64,000 bases of DNA from contig OY970194.1 of NCBI GenBank assembly GCA_963708075.1, forward strand, positions 6,560,001 to 6,624,000, written 5' to 3'. Each line of letters starts with the position of its first letter. Within the stretch, counting starts at the first letter, position 1. This DNA is from Sedimentisphaerales bacterium (GTDB lineage: Bacteria > Planctomycetota > Phycisphaerae > Sedimentisphaerales > Anaerobacaceae). The notes beneath the pieces are model-generated. The model worked only from the letters and a program-made list of their open reading frames with translations, searched no databases and was not told the origin of the DNA. This document shows, in pieces, positions 31,263 to 41,084 of the stretch. A program made the position numbers and the translations under genes.

Positions 31263-31296
31263 TTCAAGCTTTGTTGTGTGAGTAGAGGAATATTCC

Positions 31297-33093
31297 ATGG
31301 GCAACCGTGTCCGTGTCGTGCACAGGTCTTTCGTCTTGCTCGTTCTCGCAGGGATCTTCATGGCAGCCGTCTCAGGGTGCAACTCGCCGGAGAAGCTGTC
31401 GCAGGTACCGGAGAATCCGCCGCAGCCGGTGCAGAAACCCGACGAGGGCTCGCCTGCCGCCGCTGTGAAGGAATCACCGGTGCAGAAGCCTGCTGACAGC
31501 ATGCCTGCCGTCGCTGTGAAAGAACCCCCAGTGCAGACGCCCGATGGCGGCTCGCCTGCCGCGGTGAAGGAAACATCGGCGCAGAAACCTGGTGACAGCG
31601 TGCCTGCCGTTGCTGTGAAGGAGCCGGCGGTACAAAAGCCGGATGACAGCTCGCCTGCTGCGGCTGTGAAGGAAGCGCCGGCACAGAAGCCCGAAAGCGA
31701 CTCGCCGGCCGCCACCGTGAAAGAACCGCCGGTGGGCGTGGTCGCCAGGATCGGCGAGCATGAGGTCACGAGGGACGAGTTGATTCAACAGCTTCTGCAG
31801 GAGATTCGGCCGCGCAGCGAAGAGTACATCGCTCCGCAGAAGCCGGTCACTGCCGAGGCGGTCCTGCTCGACCTGATTGCGGAGAAGGCCATGATGATGG
31901 AGGGACGCAAGCTCGGGTCTCTCAACGATCCGCTCCTGCAAGCCTACATTGAGCGACAGAAGAAACAGAAGCTCGGCAGCATGGTCGTGCTGGACTACGT
32001 TCGCAAGAACCTGTCCGTCAGCGAGGCCGAGATCGATGAGATGATGAAGAGCGACCCCAAGCTCACCCGCGAGCGAGCCGGCATGCTTGTACAGCGGACC
32101 AAGGGCATGGCGCTGCTGGAGCAGTTCTATAAGGATCTGCTTACGAAGTTCCATCTCAAGCAGGCGACGGAGAACCTCGCGAAAGCGTCGGAGATTCACG
32201 AGCGACTGCTGCGCAATCCGGCCAAGCCACGCAAGGAACCCTGGATCTTGAACAGCCAGGCGAGGGATGAGCTGACGCAGGAGGAAAAGGCGATGGTCCT
32301 GGCGGCCTACGACGGCGGCGAGGTCACCTTGCGGGACTGGATGGAGACGCTGTGCGAGATGGCTCCCCCGCGGCGGCCACAGGACCTGGCCACCGTGGAA
32401 GGGGTCGAGCGCCTGCTCGATAGAACGCTCCGATCCGCGATGCTCGTGGCGGAGGCGAAGGCCCGCGGGTACGACAAGGACCCCGAATACGTGCGCGAGA
32501 TCAAGGACCTCGAAGATCAGCAGATCCTCTACAAGGTCCAGAGCGACAAGATGAGGGATGTCCCTGAGCCGAACGAGGGGCAGGTTAAGGCATTCTATGA
32601 GAAGAACAAGGAGTGGTTCGCCGAGGGGCCCTTCCTGAAGGTCGATCCGATCTGGTGCAAGGATTTGGCGACGGCGCGGGAGGTGAAAGAGAAGCTTGAC
32701 GGTGGGGCGGACTTTCGTGCGATGAAAGACGCGCACTCGCTGCAGAAGGAGATCGAGCCCTACAGGATCTCCCGCAGCAGCGAGGGACCGCTCTGGGACG
32801 AGCTGTGGAAGGGCGAGCCCAACCAGGTGGTCGGGCCCGTGAAAGGGTTCTATGAGACAGGGCTTGCATGGCGCGTTGTGAAGATCCTGGAGAAGACGCC
32901 CGCTCAGGACAGGGCGTACTCCGAGCAGCTCCAAAGCATGGTCAAGGGGACGATGTTCATGGAGCAACGAAAGGCGCTCCTCGATCTCTACAGCAAAGAG
33001 CTTCGTGAGAAGTACAGCTACGAATTGTATGCGGATCGGATTCAGGGCATCGATCCTCTGGATCCGGCCCTTTACGAGCAGACAAAACAGTGA
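31297..33093 (+). CDS. SurA/PrsA-like peptidyl-prolyl isomerase lipoprotein with repeat linker
   Basis: Lipobox VSG-C, SurA-like helical region and parvulin-like C-terminus (GADF...A.S..., G..VVK+LE). Confidence 0.75.
   Translation: MGNRVRVVHRSFVLLVLAGIFMAAVSGCNSPEKLSQVPENPPQPVQKPDEGSPAAAVKESPVQKPADSMPAVAVKEPPVQTPDGGSPAAVKETSAQKPGDSVPAVAVKEPAVQKPDDSSPAAAVKEAPAQKPESDSPAATVKEPPVGVVARIGEHEVTRDELIQQLLQEIRPRSEEYIAPQKPVTAEAVLLDLIAEKAMMMEGRKLGSLNDPLLQAYIERQKKQKLGSMVVLDYVRKNLSVSEAEIDEMMKSDPKLTRERAGMLVQRTKGMALLEQFYKDLLTKFHLKQATENLAKASEIHERLLRNPAKPRKEPWILNSQARDELTQEEKAMVLAAYDGGEVTLRDWMETLCEMAPPRRPQDLATVEGVERLLDRTLRSAMLVAEAKARGYDKDPEYVREIKDLEDQQILYKVQSDKMRDVPEPNEGQVKAFYEKNKEWFAEGPFLKVDPIWCKDLATAREVKEKLDGGADFRAMKDAHSLQKEIEPYRISRSSEGPLWDELWKGEPNQVVGPVKGFYETGLAWRVVKILEKTPAQDRAYSEQLQSMVKGTMFMEQRKALLDLYSKELREKYSYELYADRIQGIDPLDPALYEQTKQ
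31426..31728. repeat. six ~51-bp tandem units encoding PVQKP.xSPA.AVKE
   Basis: Visible in both DNA and translation. Confidence 0.85.
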
Positions 33094-33159
33094 CCCTCGT
33101 GCCGAGCAGTGCCCTGGGACCACTGCCATAAACGGATTGTAGCAGGGACGGTTCTGGGT

Positions 33160-34756
33160 ATGGTCTTCACGCTGCAACGATACATATTTCGAGAGCTGTT
33201 CAAAATCTTCCTGTTGGCGACGATCGCGCTGACGCTGATTTTGAGCCTCGGCGGGATCCTGCGGCCGGTTCAGGAGTACGGGGTGGGCCTGCAGCAGGTC
33301 CTGCATATCCTGCTCTACTTCATGCCGATCACGCTGACGTTCGTCCTGCCGATGGCGGCGCTGTTCGCCTCGGCGCTGGCCTACGGCCGCTTCGCCAGCG
33401 ACAACGAGCTGGACGCCTGCCGGGCCAGCGGAATCGGGGTTTCCACGCTCGTGTATCCGGGGCTGACCCTGGCCGTTCTCGTGGCGATCGCGAATCTGCT
33501 GTTGAGTTTTCACGTCATGCCGTACTTCGTCCGGCTCGCCGAGCGGTCGTTGAAGGCGGATGCCAAGCAGATCCTTTTCCGCAACATTCAGCGGCACGGG
33601 TACTACAGCCTGCCGCCCGATGAGCGGTACCTCATCTACGCGGATTATGCCGATGCGAAGACCGATACTCTCTACGGCATCGTCGTGATTGAGTCGTCGC
33701 AGGAGGGGCTCAAGCGGATCATCACCTGTGAGTCCGCCCAGGTATACTTCAACCCCCATGACAGGTTCAACGAGGTCCAGTTGACCGCGCAACACGAGGC
33801 AATTGGGCGGCCTCGACGACATGTGGTTTGAGATCGAGGCGGCGTCGTTCCGGCAGGAGTTCGGTTCGCTCCTGGGCGATGATATCAAATTCAAGAAGAT
33901 CGATGAGATGAAGCAGATCCGCGTCAATCCGCTGCTATTCGATCCCGTGGCGAAGACAGCCCATGAGCTGTATATGCAGCTTGCAGCGGAACTGCTGTCG
34001 CAGGACATACAGGCGAGATTGGCCACGTCTCCTGCCGCCTTCTACGAGCTCGAAGGGAAATCGCAGAGGGTCCGGCTCTCCGCGATGGGATGCGTCCTGG
34101 AGGACGAGCCGGCCGTGTCGCTGCGGCCCCCGGTGACCGTGGAGGAGTATGCAAAGCAGGGCGACAAGCCGCCTCGAAAGTTCCTCAGTGAGAAGGCCAT
34201 CCTCTACCTCGACGACACCACGCCGGACCTGCAGGTCCACCTGCAACTTTCCAGCGCCGAGGTCATCGGGACGGGGCAGTCAGTGATCCATCATGCCGCC
34301 GGCGGCCTCGCCATGCCGGAATCCATCAGGCAGGCTCTCCGCCGGACGCAGGCCGGAGGGTTGAGACTCGGGGGAGATTTGAGTTCTGTGCTGCAAGGTC
34401 CGCCGAGTCCGAAGCTCGCGGGCCTCCAGGCAATATTGGAGCGGCAAATCCGCGGGACGCTGGTCGATATCACGGGCGAGATCCACTCGCGGCTGGTCTT
34501 TGGCGTCGGTTGCATTCCGATGATTCTCATCGGAATTGGCTTGGGAATCCTCAAGCGGGGTGGACACCTGCTCAGCGCATTCGGCGCCAGTTGCGTGCCC
34601 GGCGCCGTATTGATCGTGGCGATCATCAGCGGCAGGCAGGTCGCAGGGAACACCCGTTGGGCCGAGGCCACGCCCGGGATCCTCATCATGTGGGCCGGCC
34701 TGGCGTTCCTGCTGCTTCTGGCCGCCATCATCTACTCCCGGCTCCTGCGACATTAG
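33160..34756 (+). CDS. LptF/LptG family permease (frameshift near 33790)
   Basis: [12 protein letters not shown]......YGR..SDNEL.ACRASG and C-terminal TMs (EIHSR..., ..IG..LG). Confidence 0.85.
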
Positions 34757-36069
34757 GTGTCGGCACGCTGTTTGATGGCCTGGCGGACCTCGCGGTTGAT
34801 GCGGGCGCTGCACCAGTGCTGGCCGCACATGGAGCAGTAGTCGGCCGAATGCAGCTCCGATGCGCCCATTTCCTCGCACGCCTCGCGATGCATCCGGTCG
34901 GCGGTCTTCGGGTCGAGGGACTCCCCGAAATGCGTCTGCCAGTCGAGGTTGCTCCGGGCCGTGCTCAGCCTCCTGTCGCGTTCATCCGCGCCCTTGAGGC
35001 CGCGGGCGATATCCGCCGCATGGGCGGCGATCCGGGCGGCGACAACGCCGGCCCGTACGTCCTCGGCGTTCGGCAATCCGAGGTGTTCCCGGGGTGTGAC
35101 GTAGCACAGGAAGGAGGCTCCGTAGAATGCCGCCGCGCAGCCGCCAATGGCGGACGTGATGTGATCGTAGCCGGGTGCGATGTCCGTCACCAGGGGACCG
35201 AGCACGTAGAAGGGGGCCCCGTGGCAGATCTCCTGCTGGAGCTCCATATTGCGCTGAATCTGATTGAACGGCACATGGCCGGGACCTTCCACCATGACCT
35301 GGCAGCCGCGTTCCTGTGCCCTCTGGGTCAGCTCGCCCAGCGTCCGCAACTCGGCGAGCTGCGCCTCGTCGGTGGCGTCGGCGATGGCGCCGGGACGCAG
35401 GCCGTCGCCGAGAGAGAAACACACATCGTATTCGACCATGATGTCGCACAGGTCGTCGAACAGCTCGTACACGGGATTCTGCTTATTGTGATGGAGCATC
35501 CACTTGGCCAGCAGGGCGCCGCCCCGGCTGACGATGCCGGCGACGCGCTTCTCGATCAGCGGCAGGTGCTCCCTCAGCACACCGGCGTGGATCGTAAAGA
35601 AATCGACCCCTTGCTTCGCCTGCTTTTCAATCGTCCGCAGGATGATGTCGTTGTCGATGTCTTCGACGTTCCTGCCCTCGATCACCTGATAGATCGGGAC
35701 GGTGCCGAAGGGGACCGGGCAATGCGCAAGCAGCTCGCTGCGGATTTCGTCAAGATTGCCACCGGTGCTGAGGTCCATCACCGCATCGGCCCCGACCTCC
35801 AGCGCCGCCTCCAGCTTCTCGATCTCGGCGGCCACGGAAGAGCGGACGCTGCTTGTCCCGATATTGGCATTGACCTTCGTCCTGAGCGCTCTGCCGATCC
35901 CCGCCGGCTTGAGATTGGTCTTCAGGTGGAGTCCGTTGGCCGGGATCACCAGCCGTCCCGCCGCCACCTCCGCCCGGATGAGCTCGGCATCCACCGCCTC
36001 GTCCCGCGCCACAGCCTGCATGGCCTGCGTGATCTTTCCGGCTCGAGCGTGCTCCAGTTGCGTCGTCAT
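34753..36069 (-). CDS. thiC: phosphomethylpyrimidine synthase
   Basis: [45 protein letters not shown] and CSMCG..WC motifs. Confidence 0.98.
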   Translation of the reverse strand: MTTQLEHARAGKITQAMQAVARDEAVDAELIRAEVAAGRLVIPANGLHLKTNLKPAGIGRALRTKVNANIGTSSVRSSVAAEIEKLEAALEVGADAVMDLSTGGNLDEIRSELLAHCPVPFGTVPIYQVIEGRNVEDIDNDIILRTIEKQAKQGVDFFTIHAGVLREHLPLIEKRVAGIVSRGGALLAKWMLHHNKQNPVYELFDDLCDIMVEYDVCFSLGDGLRPGAIADATDEAQLAELRTLGELTQRAQERGCQVMVEGPGHVPFNQIQRNMELQQEICHGAPFYVLGPLVTDIAPGYDHITSAIGGCAAAFYGASFLCYVTPREHLGLPNAEDVRAGVVAARIAAHAADIARGLKGADERDRRLSTARSNLDWQTHFGESLDPKTADRMHREACEEMGASELHSADYCSMCGQHWCSARINREVRQAIKQRADT

Positions 36070-36093
36070 GATTCTACACTCCTCGTTGCCAAT

Positions 36094-36121
36094 AAAAAAA
36101 TCGCTCCCGCAGGAAGCGATT
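36094..36121 (-). terminator. riboswitch expression-platform terminator
   Basis: Minus strand aatcgcttcc-tgc-gggagcgatt plus T tract, between the aptamer and thiC. Confidence 0.75.
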
Positions 36122-36151
36122 CGCCAACTCTCGATGCCTCGTTTGTCGCAT

Positions 36152-36276
36152 CGCTTTCCTACGCAGGCCTTCTCGCCCCCGCATCCGAGTTTCGGATGCG
36201 ATCCATGGAGCGATTATCCCGATCAGGTTCAAAGGGTTTTGTCTCAGACCCGCCTCACAGCAGGCCACCCCTAGCG
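36152..36276 (-). ncRNA. TPP riboswitch (with 44-nt L5 insertion)
   Basis: Minus strand GGGGTGGCCTG...GGTCTGAGA-CAAAACCC-TTTGAACCTGATCGGGATAAT[insert]GCCTGCGTAGGAAAG upstream of thiC. Confidence 0.92.
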
Positions 36277-36285
36277 ACCAAATCC

Positions 36286-36313
36286 ATTATACCGGACCGG
36301 CGGTACCGTTCAA
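36286..36313 (-). promoter_or_regulatory. sigma70-like promoter of the thiC leader
   Basis: TTGAAC-16 bp-TATAAT immediately upstream of the aptamer. Confidence 0.7.
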
Positions 36314-36339
36314 GCAATTCTTCCCGATCTGAACGCCAT

Positions 36340-36533
36340 GTGTGCGACTACATTTTGTGGGGAAGGAGGCTCATTCTGTCATCCCGAGCCCATTCGACTA
36401 CGCTCAGGGCAGGCTGCGCGAGGGATCTGGCCGAGATTGCACGGTGCGCCTTTGCGATGCCAGATGTCTCGGCTACGCTGCGCTTCGCTCGACATGACAA
36501 ACGGGGGCTTCACCACGAAAATTAGTCGCACAC
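36340..36533. mobile_element. MITE copy 3 (194 bp, 8-bp TSD AACGCCAT, different interior)
   Basis: TIR gtgtgcgactacattttgtgg / ccacgaaaattagtcgcacac. TSD at 36332-39 and 36534-41. Confidence 0.9.
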
Positions 36534-36577
36534 AACGCCATGTGCAGGAGCGTGCAGGAGAAACCTGAGCTTTCCAT

Positions 36578-36606
36578 TTGATCTCTCCGGAGCTTCGGGC
36601 TACAAT
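36578..36606 (+). promoter_or_regulatory. possible sigma70 promoter of the TIR-CHAT-STAND gene
   Basis: TTGATC-17 bp-TACAAT. Confidence 0.5.
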
Positions 36607-36700
36607 AAGGTCGATAGAAGCGGCGTGCGGCACGGGTGAGACAGTGCCGGCGAGTTTCCATCTGTTATTGCGGGCCAGATGTCTTGGAGGTCATGGAAGA

Positions 36701-39700
36701 ATGCGCGACGGTCGCAACGCCGCTGTGTTCATCAGTCATGCCAGCGCCGACGATGAATTCGTAAAGCAATTGCGAGAATCGCTCGAAGCCCACCATATAC
36801 CCGTTTGGGTGGACTCCCGCGGCCTGCGGGGCGGCAGCAAGCTCGCGCCGGAGATCGCGCAGGCCATCGGCAACGCCCGACACTTCATCGCTGTGCTCGG
36901 CCCAGAAACCGTGAACTCACGATGGGTTCGCCGGGAGATCGAGCGGGGGCTATTGGTCGAAAAGCGGCGCAAAGCCGACGGCTATCGCGTCATTCCGCTC
37001 CTGCTCCCCGGCCTTGAGCCCGCCGCCCTGGAAGCCTGGTTCGATGAGGAGCCGACAGGCATTTCAGTTGGGACCGGCCCGGACGGCCTTTCCGCGGCCA
37101 TGCCTGACATCCTCGCTGCTCTGGGGGAACGCCTGCCCACCGGCAGCCAAATGGCTGCCCAGGCCGATGGCAAGCCGCTGGCGGAGCTCGTCCTCACGCT
37201 CGCGGACGCGAAGATCGAGACTCAGGAAGGCAAAAGGCGTGCCAGTGCCGTCGCTATGCTCACCTATGAGCCGGCTGACTCCGCTGTCAAGGGCATCGAG
37301 AGCCGCCGCTTCGCGTTCACCGCGCCGCTCGGGCCCATTGAGGCCGACGACCTGCGATGGTACCTGGAGCAGTATTTCCTCTGGCCGGTCGGCGTGTTCG
37401 AGAACCCGCGCTAAGGGCATTGAGAAGAAGTTGCCGCAATGGGGTAACGATCTCTTCCAAGCTGTGCTGGGCATCGACACCGCTCGCGAGGCGTTCTCCG
37501 CCTGGCAACATGCCGCCGACGGTGCCGAACGGCGCTTCTCAGTGCAGGTGAACAGTGATCTGCCCGACGGCGCGCCCGCCGAAGCCCAAGCCGCCGCGCG
37601 TGAGGCGGCGACTGAGCTTCTCTCCCTTCCGTGGGAGCTTCTGCACGATGGTCACGACTGGCTCTTCCAGGGAGCGCATCCTGCTCGGGTTCGCCGTCGT
37701 CTGCCAAGCCGTCAGGAACAGAAGGCACGTCCTGCAACCCTGCCCATCCGCATCCTGCTCGTCAGCCCGCGTCCGGAGCATGATGGCAAAGGCAACGACA
37801 TCGGTTATATCGACCACCGTATCAGCGCCCGGCCGCTGGTCGATGCGGTGGAAAGCCTCGGCGAGTTGGCGAAGCTCACGATTCTCACGCCGCCCACCTA
37901 CGCTGCACTGGATGAGGCCCTGCAGGCCGCCGCCGACCGCAATGAGCCGTTCGATGTCGTCCACTTCGACGGCCACGGAGTCTATGACCGTCACCTTGGC
38001 TTGGGCGGATTGTGCTTTGAAGATGCCAAAGACGCCGGCTTGCCGGAAAAGCGTCAGATGGAGTTCGTCGACGCTGTCAAACTGGGCGGTCTGTTCCGTC
38101 AACACCGCGTCCCGTTGGTGTTCCTGGAGGCCTGCCAGACGGCGGTGGCCGAGGTGGACCCGACGACCTCCGTGGCCGCGAGGCTGCTTGAAGAAGGTGT
38201 CACGTCCGTCGTGGCAATGAGCCACAGCGTGCTGGTCGAGACGGCCAGACGATTCGTGCAGGCATTCTATAAGTCATTGGCACAAGGTGCCCGCGTGGGC
38301 AAGGCCATGCTCGCCGGCCAGCGAGCGCTCTTCGATGACACCTGGCGCGGCAAGATCATGGGCGCGGGCGACCTGCGATTGCAGGACTGGTTTGTGCCCG
38401 TCGTCTACCAGGAGAAGCACGACCCGCAACTCATCACGAGAACTCCGGCAAGGGAGGTGCGCCAGCTCGAAGCCAGGAGGCGAAGGCTCAGCCTCGGCGC
38501 GCTGCCGGAAGAGCCGCCACACAGGTTCCAGGGGCGCAGCCATGAGCTGCTCGCCCTCGAACGGCTCCTGCACGACGAGCCCTGGGCCGTCGTGCGTGGT
38601 ACCGGTGGCTCGGGCAAGACTACGCTTGCCGCCGAGTTGGCCCGCTGGCTCACTCGCACAGGACGCTTTGCGCGGGCCGCCTTCGTGAGCCTCGAACACC
38701 ACCGCGACGCGCGTGCCGTGCTCGACACCCTCGGCCATCAACTCCTGCCCGACGGCGACAAATACTCTGTAGCCCAGTTCCCGAGCTTTGACAAAGCCCT
38801 TCAACCCGTAGAGCGGGCACTGGCGGACCACGCCACCATTATCGTCCTGGACAACTGCGAGAGCATCCTGGATGCAGGCGACGCCCTCACGGCGTTGCTC
38901 GACCTGTGCAAGCGGCTCCTCGACGCGGACCCAAGGATCCGCCTCGTCTTCACCATGCGTGAGCCGCTGCCCGCACCGTTCGACCACGCAGGCCGCCAGC
39001 GGGAACTGGGCGACTTGGCCCGCCCCGACGCCATCGAGCTGGTGGGCAAGGTAATGAAACAGAACGGTTGGACGCCGCCCGCCACCGACCCGGGCGGCAC
39101 GCCGCAGGAGATCACCGACTTGGTGGAGGCGGTGCACTGCCATGCCCGCGCCCTGGTGCTCCTGGCGGGCGAGGTGGCCCGTCGTGGCGTGAAGGCCACC
39201 ACCGCCAATCTCCGCGCTCTCATGGCCGAGTTGGAGCGCAAACACCCTGGCGACCGCGAAAACTCACTCTACGCCAGCGTCGAACTCTCCCTCCGTCGCC
39301 TCTCCCCCGAATCGCGCCAGCACGTTAAGGTGCTCGGCGTCTGCCAGGGTGGAGCATGTCTTCCCATTCTCGCGCACCTCACAGGCTTGGAAGTAGACGC
39401 TGCTCGCCAACTGGCCATTGAACTGATCGACGTCGGCTTAGCCGAAGACATGGGCTATGCCCACCTGCGCCTGGACCCCGGCCTGCCGCCATATCTGCTA
39501 GGCGAGTTGACTGGTGACGAAGCTATCGCCACACGCGCCAAGTGGGCCGAGGCCATGGCCCAACTCACCGTCTACCTCTACGAGGAGCAGTTCAAAGATG
39601 CCCAACTCGCCGCGCAACTGACGCTGCTGGAGTTGCCTAACCTCCTTGCGATGCTGGAGTGGGTTTCGGCCTCCGACTGGCCGGCGGAAAGCGTCGTAGG

Positions 39701-41069
39701 TCTGGCCGACAGCGTGGAAAGGCTAGTCGCCAACCTAGGCCAGCCCCAAGCTCTGGCCGTGGCCACGCGCGTGCGCGAACAAGCCGCTCGGAAACTGGGC
39801 GACTGGAGCCACGCCCGTTTCCTGACCGGGTCTTCCAACATTGACCGGCTGCTGGAACGCGGCGACCTGCCGGCCGCGCACGAGTGCGCCCAGCAACTCC
39901 TCGCAAAGTGCCGTGCCGCCGGTGAGGCTGCCTATCCTGAAGCGGCTTACGATCTCGCATCGGCATTTATCCGGCTCGGGCGAGCGTTAGGGTATAGTGG
40001 AGCGGCTGAAGCCGCATTGGAGCCGCTGGCGGAAGCACAGCGCCGATTCCAGCAACTGGCAAATGCCGGCGATGCTGACGCCGAGCAGGTGGCCTCGGCT
40101 GCCATCACCGAGACTGGCGACTGCCTGCGCAACTTGGGCCGGTTGGATGAAGCCGCCGCCGCATATGAAAAGGCTATCGAGCTCGACCAAGCAGGCAATC
40201 GCATGAGGGATGTTGCTGCTGGTAAGGGTCAACTTGGCACCGTGCGGATGTTGCAGAAACGCTACGCTGAGGCGCTCAAGGCTCACGCCGAAGCACGCGA
40301 CACCTTCGAAGCATTGGGGGAACCGCAAAATGTGGGCGCAATGTGGCACCAGATCGGGATGGTACATGAGAGCACTCACCGATTGGAGCTCGCTGAGCAG
40401 GCCTATCGCCAAGGTTTAGCCATTTTTGTGCGAGAGAACGATGCCCCACACCAAGGTATGAGTCTTGGCCAACTGGGCAGTCTCTACGACGCGATGGGCC
40501 GGTTGGAGGAAGCGGTCACGTTCTATCGGCAGGCCATTGGCGTTCGTGCGCGGCTGAAAGACCTTGCTGGCGAAGGGAGAACCCGCAGCAACTTGGCTGA
40601 CACGCTGACCAAGTTGCTGCGCTACGACGAGGCCCGGCAGGAACTCCAACGGGCGATTGAGTGCAAGAAACCTTACGGCCACGCCGCCGAACCGTGGAAG
40701 GCATGGTCACATCTCGAAGACCTCGAGCGCGCCACCAACCACGGTGAAGCCGCTGCTGCGGCCCGGGAACAGGCGATCCAGACCTATCTGGCCTATCGTC
40801 GCGCCGGCGGCGTTAGCCAGAGCTCTCGCGCCCGACTCTTCGACCTCGTCTCCCAAGCGATCAAGGAGAACGCTCCTGCGGAGGCCCGCCAACTTCTGTC
40901 CCAGCTTGCTTCGCGTCCCGACTTACCTCACTTCGCGAAAGCGTTGATCGCGGAACTCCAGTCGGTGCTCGTCGGCGAACGCGATCCTGCCCTTGCCGCT
41001 GACCCCGAACTCACTCCAAGGGACGCTGCTGAACTTCAACTGCTCCTGGAGAAGCTGCCGCTTGGGTGA
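36701..41069 (+). CDS. TIR - CHAT (caspase-like) - STAND/NB-ARC-like NTPase - TPR protein (frameshift near 37403)
   Basis: TIR: VFISHAS.D, VWVD, S.WVRREI. CHAT: LPWELL, VHFDGHG, VFLEACQT. Walker A GTGGSGKTT, Walker B IIVLDN.E, multiple TPRs. Removing one A in gagaacccgcgctaag joins the two frames. Confidence 0.88.
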
Positions 41070-41084
41070 TCCGACGATTTTGTC

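Noticed and set aside
31474..34026. Long antisense ORFs (850 aa here; also 26452-28014, 41169-43166, 55248-57563, 34510-36525)
   Set aside because: They are shadows of well-supported genes on the opposite strand in GC-rich DNA and have no recognisable motifs.
37395..37415. Programmed frameshift between TIR and CHAT
   Set aside because: There is no slippery heptamer, and seven other genes in the window show similar indels, so an error is more parsimonious.
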